Of a stretch of 64,000 nucleotides of DNA, positions 1 through 14,079 are shown piece by piece; positions within the stretch are counted from its first letter, which is position 1, and each line of letters opens with the position of its first letter. Source of the stretch: the human T2T-CHM13v2.0 reference genome, Homo sapiens. Under the pieces are notes generated by a model. It made no database searches. It had not been told where the DNA came from and saw only the letters and a list, made by a program, of their open reading frames with translations. The stretch is taken from assembly GCF_009914755.1 (NCBI RefSeq), contig NC_060926.1. One strand, given 5' to 3'. The position numbers and the translations under genes are program-made.

Positions 1-308
1 TAAGGAACATCAAAGACACTCAATTAATGGCAACTGCTACTAGATACAGTGTCCTACAGCAACCAGCAACCAGTTGTAAAGTAAAAGCAAACTGATGCAA
101 ATAATTTCTTTGTTGACCAACAGCTTAAAAAAATAGGTTGGCTGTTTTATTTTTATTTAATTAGCTAAGCATTTAGTGTCACAAACAGAATCAATATCAG
201 TGTGTGACAGCTGGTGGTCACCCTTATGTTCATTATGTTTTTATATAGGAACAATTTTCACATCTGCAGAAAAAAAAGGAGGCATTAGAGAGAAAAGTTG
301 AATATAAG

Positions 309-641
309 TAGGGTAAGCATATGTCCTCATTACTTGTGACAGTACCAGTGAATACCTGTTATCCTAGCATTATTATTAATAGTGGCCAGTTTCACTCTCC
401 ATCATGGCATTATCCAACTGAATTTTCTGTGGTGATAAAAATGTTCTCTATCCAGGCTACCCAATATGGTAGCTACTAGTCAACGTGGCTATTGAGCCTT
501 CAAAATGTGACTAACGCGGCTCAATTAATTGTATTCAACTTCAATTTAAATTTAATTAGCCACATGTAGCTACTGGCTGTTATATTGAACAGTGTAGCTC
601 TAAAGTGTCGTGGTTTAAATGATATGTTCTATGGTCATACT
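309..641 (+). mobile_element. MER94-like hAT-Blackjack MITE, interrupted by MER3
   Basis: Ends tagggtaagcatatgtcc ... tatggtcatacta and internal attattaatagtggccagtttcactctc resemble the recalled MER94 consensus; split at ~400-598. Confidence 0.65.
402..598 (+). mobile_element. MER3-like hAT-Charlie MITE
   Basis: ccaatatggtagctactagtcaacgtggctattgagc ... aattagccacatgtagctac matches the MER3/MER33 pattern. Confidence 0.75.
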
Positions 642-2245
642 AACGATAAAGTGTATTTGGTGAACTGAAGTCCTTAAGGCCATTTGAGGAATATAATCCA
701 GGTGGAAGAATTAGTCTTAAAAAAGCAAATTGACCTTCCCACCTCATCAGCAAGAGGGACTGGGAGACCATACATGGAAAGTTTTCAGGTGAAAGAATGG
801 ATAATTTAGAAAGCTCATGTCAAATAATCTTAATACATTCAATAAAATAAGATATTTTCAGAAAGTGAAGGGCAGGTGTTTCGGAACCACAAATTACCAC
901 ACATCAGAGGAGAGAGACAAAAGTTCAAGGGGGAGCTAAACCTTCCTAGCTGTGATAATGGGACCTCATGTTCTTGCTATGTTCTTCATTCCATATATGT
1001 TTTTATCATTTCTTACCTACCACAGTCCAATTCACCTCACAAGCTGCACCTTGTGTTCCTGACTCATTAACATGCAACTGGCAAAAAAAGAAGTAACCTT
1101 TTCTTGACTAATTTTCTTTCTTCAATTCAACAAGAGCCTGTGAAGTACTGTGCAATTAATAAGAATGTAGGGAGAAGTAAAGGTCTCATTTTATGGTTTA
1201 AAAAGGATTAATTTCACAAAGAGGAAACTAGTTAAAATTCTAATAGTGGTTGGTATGCATTCTGTAGCACAGAACCTAATTGAGCCATTTTCTATGTTTT
1301 ACAAGAATAACAGAACAAGTGGTCGTTTAATTTTTTTCTGTATTGCAATATATTTGAATGTACTTATTCATTAAATCATAATTACGAGTGACATACAGAC
1401 CTAATTCATTACCATAGCACTTACTGGCACTCAACATGTGACTTGTTAATATTTGTTCTTATTTAAGGGCAAACAGAATTATTTCATTTCAGATATGAAA
1501 AGTTATTTTAAATACTTGAACAAACTGAGATTGCCCTATTTTTACTTAAATTTACTTTCCTTCTGCTAAATATCCATAGAAGTTTAATCTAGTATGGCTC
1601 ACAAATTACAATATTTATTTGGCTTTTTTCTGTTTATATGGCGTTCCCATGACAATTAGCGATATATATTTTATTACTGCCTCTAGAAAATATTACTTTG
1701 AGCAGAGGGGGAAAACACTTTTTGCTTTTTTATTTTTCATCTTTCTGAATCTCCAAACAGGCTAACAAAGATAATATTGCTTTCAGAGTCTCTTATTTAA
1801 AAAAAAATACTGGGCCTAGAAACCACACAGCTGGTCTTTTCAATTTTCTTAACTACTGAATTGTATTAGCTGCATGATCTGAGTCAATTGATTGTGCAGA
1901 AATCAATGGCTGAGAAGGCGAGATCTTCTCTCCTGGTTGGCCTCATTCCTAAGCCTCTGAGCATGGGATATTCACTCAGCGCACCATCAACTTTTAAAAT
2001 AAATTGCTTTCTAAGTGCCCAAGTTATAAACCTCAGTGAATGATATTTGTCTCAGTAGTATCCAGTAGATGAGTAACAAATATAATTTAGAAACTTACAT
2101 TAAAAATAGCATTTATTAAATATTTCTAGTTGTATTTATTATAGGAAAATCTGGATAGTAGAAATATGAAGAAAATATAATCAGCATAATTCAGTCCCCT
2201 ACTATTAATATTAGGATACTCAGCTTTAGAATCTTTTTTCACATA

Positions 2246-2276
2246 TGTGTGTATATATGTATGTTTTGTCTGTCTC

Positions 2277-2304
<28 letters not shown>
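2246..2304. repeat. (TG)n microsatellite
   Basis: Direct reading; pure TG run at ~2277-2302. Confidence 0.95.
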
Positions 2305-2307
<3 letters not shown>

Positions 2308-2321
2308 CCCTGTTGTGGGGG

Positions 2322-2635
2322 TGATGGTAGATAGAATAATGCCACCCCACAAAAGATTTCCACATCCTAATGCCTGGAACCTGTAAATAAAATAGGTTAC
2401 ATGACAAAGGGGAATTAACGTTACAGGTGGAATTAAGATTGCTAATCAGCTGACCTTAACATAGAGAGATCAGCCTGGATTAACTAGGTGGGCCCTGTAT
2501 AATGGTAAGAATTCTTAAAAGTGAAAGATGAAGGCAGATATAATGTAAGGAGGACTCAACTCACTGTTGATGGCTTTAAAAATAGAGAAAGGGGGCCAAA
2601 AGCCAAGCATCGCAGATACACTTGCTAAGCTGAAA
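2322..2635 (+). mobile_element. MLT1D-like MaLR LTR, 3' part lost at the L1 junction
   Basis: gttacatgacaaaggggaattaacgttacaggtggaattaagattgctaatcagctgaccttaa is typical of MLT1D. Confidence 0.75.
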
Positions 2636-2967
2636 AAAGACTACAACTGGCCTCAACCAAATGGACCTAGAAGACATTACAGAACATTCTACCAAACAAC
2701 TGAAGAATATACATTTTTCTTATCTGTGCATGTAATATTCTCCAAAATAGACCATATCCTTGGTTATAAAGCAAGTCTCAATAAATTTTTAAAAAATCAA
2801 AGTCATATCAAGTATCTTCTCAGACCAGAGTTGAATAAAATTAGAAATTGATACCAAAGGAAAATCTCAAAACTACACAAAGACATGGAAACTAACTAAC
2901 GTTTTCTGAATGATCTTTGGCTAAACAATGAAATTAAGGTAGAAATCAAAACGTTTTTTGAAATGAA

Positions 2968-4752
2968 TAAAATCATGAGTGAACTCCCATTCACAATTGC
3001 TTCAAAGAGAATAAAATGCCTAGGAATCCAACTTGCAAGGGATTTGAAGGACCTCTTCAAGGAGAACTACAAACCACTGCTCAACGAAATAAAAGAGGAG
3101 ACAAACAAATGGAAGAATATTCTATGCTCATGGATAGGAAGAATCAGTGTCGTAAAAACGGTCATACTGCCCAAGGTAATTTATAGATTCAGTGCCATCC
3201 CCATCAAGCTACCAATGACTTTCTTCACAGAATTGGAAAAAACTACTTTAAAGTTCATATGGAACCAAAAAAGAGCCCGCATTGCCAAGTCAATCATAAG
3301 CCAAAAGAACAAAGCTGGAGGCATCATGCTACCTGACTTCAAACTATACTACAAGGCTACAGTAACCAAAACAGCATGGTACTGGTACCAAAACAGAGAC
3401 ATAGACCAATGGAACAGAACAGAGCCCTCAGAAATAATACCACACATCTACAACCATCTGATCTTTGACAAACCTGACAAAAACAAGAAATGGGGAAAGG
3501 GTTCTCTATTCAACAAATGGTGCTGGGAAAACTGGCTAGCCATATGTAGAAAGCTGAAACTGGATCCCTTCTTTATACCTTATACAAAAATTAATTCAAG
3601 ATGGATTAAAGACTTAAATGTTAGACCTAAAACCATAAAAACCCTAGAAGAAAACCTAGGCAATACCATTCAGGACATAGGCATGGGCAAGGACTTCATG
3701 TCTAAAACACCAAAAGCAATGGCAACACAAGCCGAAATTGACAAATGGGATCTAATTAAACTAAAGAGCTTCTGCACAGCAAAAGAAACCACCATCAGAG
3801 TGAACAGGCAACCTACAGAATGGGAGAAAATTTTTGCAACCTACTCATCTGACAAAGGGCTAATATCCAGAATCTACAAAAAACTTGAACAAATTTACAA
3901 GAAAAAAACAAACAACCCCATCAACAAGTGGGTGAAGGATATGAACAGACACTTCTCAAAAGAAGACATTTATGCAGCCAACAGACACATGAAAAAATGC
4001 TCATCATCACTGGTCATCAGAGAAATGCAAATCAAAACCACAATGAGATACCATCTCACACCAGTTAAAATGGCGATCATTAAAAAGTCAGGAAACAACA
4101 GGTGCTGGAGAGGATGTGGAGAAATAGGAACACTTTTTACACTGTTGGTGGGACTGTAAACTAGTTCAACCATTGTGGAAGACAGTGTGGCAATTCCTCA
4201 GGAATCTAGAACTAGAAATACCATTTGACCCAGCCATCCCATTACTGGGTATATACCCAAAGGATTATAAATCATGCTGCTATAAAGACACATGCACACA
4301 TATGTTTATTGCAGCACTATTCACAATAGCAAAGACTTGGAACCAACCCAAATGTCCAACAATGATAGACTGGATTAAGAAAATGTGGCACATATACACC
4401 ATGGAATACTATGCAGCCATAAAAATGATGAGTTCATGTCCTTTGTAGGGACATGGTTGAAGCTGGAAACCATCATTCTCAGCAAACTGTCGCAAGGACA
4501 AAAAACCAAACACCGCATGTTCTCACTCATAGGTGAGAAGTGAACAACAAGAACACTTGGACACAGGAAGGGGAACATCACACACTGGGGCCTGTTGTGG
4601 GGTGGGGGTAGAGGGGAGGGATAGCATTAGGAGATATACCTAATGTTAAATGACGAGTTAACGAGTGCAGCACACCAACATGGCACATGTATACATATGT
4701 AACTAACCTGCACATTGTGCACATGTACCCTGGAACTTAAAGTATAATAAAA
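2968..4752 (+). mobile_element. 5'-truncated L1PA (L1PA5/6-like) nested in the older L1
   Basis: ORFs 2963-4159 and 4173-4448 are the ORF2p C-terminal region with a frameshift. 3'UTR has a G-rich tract and ends cttaaagtataataaaa, followed by (TA)n(GA)n. Confidence 0.93.
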
Positions 4753-5516
4753 TATACATATATATAGAGAGAGAGAGAGAGAGACAAAACATGCCAAAAC
4801 CTCTAGGATACAGCAAAAGTAGTGCTAAGAAGAAACTTGATAATGTCAAATGCCTATATCCAAAAGATAGAAAGATCTTAAATTAACAACCTAACATTGC
4901 ATCTCAAGGAACTAGAAATACAAGAACAAACTAAACCCAAAGCTAGAAGAAAAGAAATGACGAAGATTAGAGCTAAACAAAAGGACATTGACACCAAAAA
5001 AAAGATTTAAAAAAATCAACAAAAGTTGCTTCTTTCAAGGGTAAATTGATAAAATTTATAAATTAATAAAATTGATAAAATGCTAGCTAGATTAACCAAA
5101 AAAAAAAAAAAACAGAGAAAGAAGATATTCAAACAAGCACAAAGCACAATAAAAAAGGATAAAGGAGACATTGCAACTGATACCACAGAAATACGAAAGA
5201 TTATGAGGGACTACTATGAGCGTATTTACGCATGCAAACTAGAAAAACAGAGGAAATGGATAAATTCCTGGAAAATACAAGCTCCCAAATTGAGCCAGTC
5301 AGAAATGGAAATTCTGAATAGACCAATAATGAGTAATAAAATTAAATCACTAATTTAAAATCTCTCAACAACAAAAAAAAATCCAGTACCAAATGGATTC
5401 ACAGCCAAATTTTACCAGATATACAAAGAAGAATTTGTATGAATCTTGCTGAAACTATCTTTAAAAAATTGAGGAAGAGAGATTTCTCCCTAACTCATTT
5501 TATAAAACCAGTATCA

Positions 5517-5950
<434 letters not shown>

Positions 5951-6567
5951 GATATACATTATGATCGAGTGGGTTTTATTGGTTTATTCCAGGGATGCAT
6001 GGATGGTGGAACACATCCAAATCAATAAATATGATTCACCACATAAACAGAATTAAAAGCAAAACCATATGATTATCTCAAAGATGCAGAAGAAGCATTT
6101 GATAAAATGCAACATCCTTTCATGATAAAAACCCTCAACAAAATATGCATTGAAGAAACATAGCTAAAAATAACTAGTCATATATAACAAACCCACAGCC
6201 AACATCACACTGAATAGGGAAAACTTTAAAGCATTCCCTCTAACAACTGGAACAAGACAAGGACACCCACTCTCACCACTCCTATTCAACACAATACTAG
6301 CAGTCCTAGACAGAGGAATTTGGCAAGAGAAAGAAATAAAAGGCATCCAAATTGGAAAAGAGGAAGCCAAATTATCTCTGTTCACTGATGACATGATGTT
6401 ATACCTAGAAAATCCTAAAGACTCCCCCAAAAGACTCCTAGACTTGATAGATGACTTCAGTAATGTTTCAGAATACAAAATCAATATACCAAAATCAGTA
6501 GCATTTCTATACACTAATAACATTCAAGCTGAGAACCAAATCAAGAACTCAATCCTCTTCGAATAGC

Positions 6568-6568
<1 letters not shown>

Positions 6569-6603
<35 letters not shown>
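6569..6603. repeat. (CA)n microsatellite inside L1
   Basis: Direct reading. Confidence 0.95.
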
Positions 6604-6605
<2 letters not shown>

Positions 6606-7240
6606 TTCCTAGTAATGCATTTAACCAAGGAGGTAAAAGATCTCTACTACAAAACACTGGTGAAAGAATTCATAGATGACACAAGAAAATGGAAGAAACG
6701 TACCATGCTCACGGATCAGAAGAATCAATATCATTAAAATGGCCGAACTGCCTAAAAAATTTACAGACTCAATTCACCTCTGTCAAATTACCAATGTCAT
6801 TTTTCACAGAATTAGAAAAAAACATTCTTAATATTTATATGTAACCAAAAAAGAGCCCACAGAGCCAAAGCAATCCTAAGCAAAAAGAACAAATCTGGAG
6901 GCATCACTCTACCTGACTTCAAATTATATTACAAGGCTATAGTAACCAAAACAACATGATACTGGTACAAAAATAGAAGCACAGATCAATGTAACAGAAT
7001 AGAGAACCCAGAAATAAAGCCACATAGCTACAGCCAACTTATCTTTGCCAAAGTCAACAAAAATAAACACAGTGGGGAAAGGGTTCTCTATTAAATAAAT
7101 GGTGCTGGGAAAATTGGATTGCCACATGAAGAAGAATGAAACTGGACCCCTATCTCTCACCATACACAAAAATTAACTCAAGATGGATTAAACACTTGTA
7201 AGACCTGAAACTAAAAAAATTCCAGAAGAAAACTCAGGAG

Positions 7241-7559
<319 letters not shown>

Positions 7560-7570
<11 letters not shown>

Positions 7571-7797
7571 AAATAGAAAGAAAGGAAAGAAAGAAAAAAA
7601 GAAAGAAAGAAAGAAAGAAAAGAAGGAAGGAAGGAAGGAAGGAAGAACAGAAGGAAGGAAGGAGATAGAGAAAGATAAAGGGAAAGAAAAAAGAAAAGAA
7701 AGAAAGGAAGGAAGGAAGGAGAGAAATGAAACAAAACGAAACGAGAAGAAAAGGAAAGGAAAAGGAAACAAGAAAAGAAATGAAAAGAAAAACAAAA
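7560..7797. repeat. Purine-rich (GAAA/GGAA) low-complexity expansion of the Alu tail
   Basis: ~240 bp almost entirely A/G on the + strand. Confidence 0.95.
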
Positions 7798-10502
7798 CCT
7801 AAGAAATACTCTTTTGGACATTGGCCTAGGCAAATAACATAAGACACCAAAATCAAACTAAACAAAAACAAAAATAGACAAATGGGACTTAATTAAACTC
7901 AAAAGCTTCTGCACAGCAAAAGAAATAATAGTATAAATAGACAACTTACAGAATGGTAGCAAATATTTGGGAGCTATGCATCTGGCAAAGGACTAGTATC
8001 CAGAATCTACAAGGAACTTAAACAACTCAACAAGAAGAAGTAAATGTCCACATTAAAAAATGTGCAAACAACATTAACAGACATTTTTCAAAAGAAGACA
8101 TACAAGCAGCCAACAAATATATGAAAAAAGAAGCTCAACATCACTAACCATCAGAGAAATGCAAATTAAAATTACAATGAGATACCACCTTACACCAGTC
8201 AGAAGTGCTGTTACTAAAAAGTGAAAAAAAAAACAGGTTTTGATGAGGATATGGATAAAAGGGAATGTTTGTAAAGTGTTGGTGAGGATGTAAATTAGTA
8301 CGGTCTCTGTGAAAAGCGGTATGGAGATTTCTCAAAGAGCTAAAAATAGAATTATCATTTGATCTAGCAATCCCACTATTTATATGTACCCAAAGGAAAA
8401 GAAATCATTATATTAAAATGACACATGCATTCGTATGTTTATTGCAGAATTATTCACAACAGCAGATTCCTGGAATCAACCAAAGTGTCCGTCAACTGTT
8501 GAATGGATAAAGAAAATGCGGTATATTTGCACCACAGAATACTACTCAGCCATAGAAAGAATAAAATAATGTCCTTTGCAGCAACATGGATGGAGCCTGA
8601 GACCATTATCCTCAGTGAAATAACTCAAAAACAGAACATCAAATATTAAGTTTTCACTCATGAGTGGGAGCTAAACAATGGGAACCCATAAACATTAAAA
8701 TGTAAATAATAGTATAGACTCCAAATGACCTATTAGATACAATGTTCACTATCTGGTGATGGTTACACTAGAAGCCCAAACCTCACCATTAGCAACGTAT
8801 CCATGTAACAAACCTACACAGGCACCCCCTGAATCTATAATTTTAAAAAAGAAATCCTGCAATTAGAAAAAAATATTGTGTACAAATTTAGATTTCTTAT
8901 ACAAAATCGGAAAAATGTTGTCATCTAGTTAAAATCACTGGTTTAACCTATGATCCTAAATGTGACATTAAGATTCAATTTTATTGACACATAACATTGT
9001 CATTTGCAGTCGGGATCCAACGCCAGTAACTAAATTGCAGCCCCTTATTTTTTTCATCTTATTATTATATGAAAGACTTCTATGTGAAATGCCAGGAGCG
9101 TACAGTATTCAAGAAACACATCATCCTTCTCTCTGCACTCCACTCATTAGCTTTACTCCTTGGGAGAAGTTACTGATCTGTTGAAAGAGTTGAGAAGAAA
9201 CATCACCCATTACACCAAATTACCCAGAAACAGAAACTCCATATAAAAATTGTGTTGGCTCATGTGGCCTCTCTTTTGCTCTTCTGAGTCTCCTTCTGCC
9301 CTTTGGTAAGCACGCTAGGTCAGGTACTTTCTTATGTGGTTGGAAAATCCAACATTCCTAGGTATAGAAAGCTGCAATTTATCTAACAAATTAACTGCTG
9401 GAAGAAAGGGGATTCTAGCTAGCAGAATGCAATGCTGTCAAAATAGCCATCCTTTAATTTCTAAGAGTATGCTGTAGAGTACCAAAATGTGTTAGTTCTT
9501 CTGAGCATTTGAGGAAGATTTAGGATAAGACTCTTTTCCCTCTACTTATACTTGAATTTCAGTGGTTCTTTAATCTACTTGCAAAATAGAATAATTTGTG
9601 GAACTTAAAAACTAGCCAGGCCACCTGGGGGTTCTAATTTCACTGGTCTGAGGTTGACCCTAATTATTGTAAGGACCAATAGGGTATTATAAGGTTGGAC
9701 CACGATAATACCATTATCAACCAGCTAGTTGTCAAAAGCACAGAGGGAAGAAATGATTCGATTTGCCATGACTATCAAGTCTTGGTAATCTGGAAATCTT
9801 TGCAAGGCAACATTAGTGTTTTACTCTGGTGGAATTTAGCAGCTGTCATTTCCAACATAGGTGATTTTTCTAGCATAGCATTATTGCAGCACAATCTCGA
9901 AGATGCAAGTCTTCATGTTACAGCCCATTGACTTAAGAGAAGCATTTGCTGTCTCATTTGTACTATCTCTGTCTTAAAGGAGGCAGTAGTCAATGGCTTT
10001 CTCAACTCCCATTCTGAAGTTGACATTCCATCTATCCCCTTTTCTCTTGAATCTTTCTTCTCACCTTACCCCAAAATATCAACAAAAAGAAACTTAATGA
10101 GTAAGATGAGGGGAAGCAGGGCGCTGGGAAAAAAAGTCTAAAATGAAAAAAAAAAGGCAAATGAGATGAGTACCAAAAAAAAAAAAGACATAGAAAAGAG
10201 TAGGGAGAGAATGGGACAATGGAAGTGTTATGCTACAATCTGTGTTTACTTTATGCTTCTCAAGTGTGCAAAATGTCAAAAATAATATTACCTTCCTCAT
10301 GTGTATTTCTCCAAATAGGAATAAAATGTGATAGGATGGATTAAACAGGATAGAACTACATGGAACCTACAATTAATTTATCATTTTTATCTGTTTTTTT
10401 AAGTTAACACTTAGTAGTCAGGATGAGCTACGTTAAAAATCCACCTTTGTATTTAAAAAGTGTTATTTTCTTCCATATATCAATATGTATTTCCCTCTGC
10501 AA

Positions 10503-10590
10503 TGTGTTTGTGTGTATATGAATGTGTGGTGTGTGTGTGTGTGTGTGCATGTGTGTGTGTTTGTGTGTGTGGAGACAAAGACAGAGAGAC
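10503..10590. repeat. Imperfect (TG)n microsatellite
   Basis: Direct reading. Confidence 0.9.
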
Positions 10591-11262
10591 AAACAGGTAA
10601 AGAGAGTGAGGTGTTCCACATTACATGTCTCTATTCCATAAACTTTATACTAGATTTTTAAATGTGTTATTCCCCACTGGAAATCCTAATATAATCAAAG
10701 AATCTTCACACCATGCAAGTTTCACTGATGCCTAGTCTGGTCTCATTTTACAAATAATGAAACTCAGGAACACAAAATTACCAAGGTCAAATCACTATTC
10801 AGTGACCATCTCATTACAAAGATTTTGATGCTTTACAAATCTTTTTCTTCATAACATGTTATAATAAAGAATGAAATGAAGTAAAAAAAGTAATGTGAGT
10901 AAAGTGCTTTGTAATATTTAAAAGAGGAAATACTGATTTTTGTGGTCCCAAGCATAAAAACAGCTAAGGAATGTAATATGGTATTTGATCTCATATGTAG
11001 ATGGATTAAAGTGTCTGGTTGTTGGCCTAGGTGTTTTGATCTGAGAAGTCTAGGAATCACCTCCCCAATCCCACCTTCAGTTAACTCCTAAAACAAAACA
11101 AGGATTTGAGACACTTCCAGAAATCCATGTCCTACAGAAGCAATGATTCAATTATATAATCAATTAACTATTTGCCTTTATATTTTTGTACCAATCTAAT
11201 TATTGTTTATAATAAATATTCTGTCTTCATTTGGCCATTAATAGGTAGAGATATGTTTGTAA

Positions 11263-11619
11263 TTTTTTTTTTTTTTTTTGAGACGGGATCTCACTCCGTC
11301 ACCCAAGCTGGAGTGCAGTGGCACAATCTCAGCTCACTGCAACCTCTGACTCCTGGGCTCAAGTGATCCTCTCCCCTCAGCCTCCAGAGCAGCTGGGAAC
11401 ACAGGTGTATGCCCCAATGCCTGTTTTTTGTTTCTGTTTGTTTGTTTTTTGGTTTATTTGTTTGGGTTTTTTTTTTGTTTTTGGGGGGTTTTTTTTTTTG
11501 GTAGAGATGGGGTTTCACCATGTCGCCCAAGCTGGTCTCAAACTCCTGAGCTCAAGTGATCTGCCTGCCTCGGCTTCCCAATGTGCTGGGATTACAGGCA
11601 TGAGCCACTACCCCTGACC
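11263..11619 (-). mobile_element. AluJ-like element with expanded middle A-rich linker
   Basis: Antisense Alu; TSD tgtttgtaattt at 11254-11265 and 11621-11632; linker expanded at ~11422-11500. Confidence 0.92.
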
Positions 11620-13459
11620 GTGTTTGTAATTTCAAATGTTCCTAAAATTCATAAAAAACACATTTCATACACTGAGTCATGGACTCAGCCAACACATTCA
11701 TGTGTACACATAAAGCTGAAGTGCTTAAAACTTAGGAGTAGAAAAACAAATACCATCATTGGCAATTGTAGAATTTGACTAGTTATGGCTGCACTATGGT
11801 ATGTTACTGCATGCTGGTGTTATTTAAACATAATCTATAAAATATTCATAAGAAGGTTTTGGAAGGTTTTTTCAATATTAGGAAGCTAGTCAGACAAATT
11901 TTTAACATTTTTTGATACAAATACACAGAGACAGATATAGAAATAGTATATTTTCATGTAAAAATGTCAGAATATTTATATAAAATGTATATAATATAAG
12001 CCTTTATGTCTATAGGTAACAATAAATATATATATATGTGTTTCATGTCAAATAAGATAATGGATGTATAAAAATAACTATAAAAGAATTTGATTATTAA
12101 AATTATAATTACACACACACACAAAATTCAAATGAAATTTATTCTACTGTAGCTAATATGCCATCCCCGCCAACTACTTGAGACTCTTCTATCTCAAAAG
12201 CTTAATGGCTAAACCTTAGAGATTTGATATGCCACCATGTCTTGAGAAATGAGCAAGACATGCTTGATTAGTTTCAAAATGAAGTGTGCATTTCTATGAG
12301 ACTATTTAGCAGGCTGTGGCTTGCGTGTGTAAAATGTCAGGATTACTAAGTTTGATATGAAGTCAGTGTCTTGGGATCAATTAGTTTAAAGTTTATTAAG
12401 AAAAGAAGAAATCTATCATTAGGTATATTTTGAAACACACAAAAAGTATTGAATGAGGATGGCAACATGTTTAATTCAATATGCATCTTCATAGAGGCTG
12501 TCAAATGGCTCTAAAAGATCTGATGCATCATAGGTCCTATAGGTGTCTTTGCCAGCTTTGGATACCTCTTCTTTTACCACATTGTGACAATCCAGTAGTT
12601 GTGCTCTGATTGCCTTGAAGTTTAATGTACTTCTATTTTGAGGCATTTACTGAATCAAATTCAGAACCATGCAGCTTGAGGTATAGGAGCACTATCATTT
12701 TTCTTTATTCTATTAAAAAGGTCTCTCATCTTCTTCCTATATATTTTCCCTAGCCAGAAAAGAAAATATTGCTGTCACTTTCAGTGGGATTTGCCTTTCA
12801 TCTCACAGTAGCATTTCAGGTCTCTAAGTGGTATCCAATTTATTTGTATTCCAATGCCACTTCACTGAAGCATGCCTCTCTGTCAGCTGAGCACAAGATT
12901 CAGGTGCTCAGTACTTGGAAGCCATGCTATGAACAAATTGACAATATCAACTGCAGCTAGTCATCTTGCAAGCAATTTTCACTATCTGCAGGAGAAGAGT
13001 TCTCAAAATTATTTAGTAGCTCTATCTATAATATTTTTGAAGGTATTCCAAGGTTCCTTTCCTTGACTTTCTCAAAGTATGATATTTTTGTTTTCAATTA
13101 TCTTTTATCATATTGAAGATGCATTTTAGTATAATTTTTATTCTCCTAAAACTAGTCTTTATTTAATATGTTTTTAATCTCTTCAAATTTTTACAATTTA
13201 CTATTAAGATTAAACTTTATTCCTTGTAATTTACACCGTATGTCAAAAGGATTATTACTTCATAATTTTATGATGTCTAAAATCTGAGGGATAGTCCAGA
13301 ATTACAATATGCATAGCATAGCATAGTGTAATATTACAGAACACCATATTTTCCTACTCCCCTTTTTGCATCGTTCACCATATACTCATTCACTTCAAAA
13401 GGATGCAATAATTACAGCTCATTGTGTGACTAGTATACTATGTTTAAAATATTCCTTCT

Positions 13460-13900
13460 CATTTATGATGGATTGACTGCAAATTTTTCACTCTTTCCTT
13501 GCAATGTTCCTTTGCCGTTTCTCCCATCATGGCCTAGAGCCTGCTTCAGTGCTCCTTTGAATCTGGGCTGGCTTTGTGGCTTGTTTCTCACACTAAAATG
13601 CAAGAAAGTGACAGAGTGCCAGTTTCACACTTAGGCTACAAATGCCTTTGTGCTCCTCCACTCTGTCTTGGGATTCCTACGTCTACCATGAGATCAAACT
13701 CAGGTTCGCGTTCTGGAGGATGAGATGCCACTCGGAGCAGAACCATTTTTTCCAGCAGATTCATGTAAATCAACCTATCATCACCCAACCCCAGGTGACC
13801 ACAGATGATGAGTAAGCCTAGCCAAAGTCACCTGAGCCCAGTGCAGCCAACCTATAGAATCATAATAAATAATAAGTTATTGAAATTTGTGTTTAGATAG
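13460..13900 (+). mobile_element. MLT1 (G/H-like) MaLR LTR
   Basis: tttgaatctgggctggctttgtggcttg...agaaagtgacagagtgccagtttc and 3' aataaataataagttattg. Confidence 0.65.
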
Positions 13901-14079
13901 AGTGCAAAAAAATGGCCTTACATTGGGCTAAGACACATCAAATAGGCCAAAGAGAAGGCATATCTTCTAGATATCTGCAGGAAAATTAAAGATATGTCTA
14001 ACCATATACTCTCATTTTCTCCAAAAAAGATATTTAAATTTTTATTTAATTTTCAAAATTAATATCTTGTGTTTAGGCA

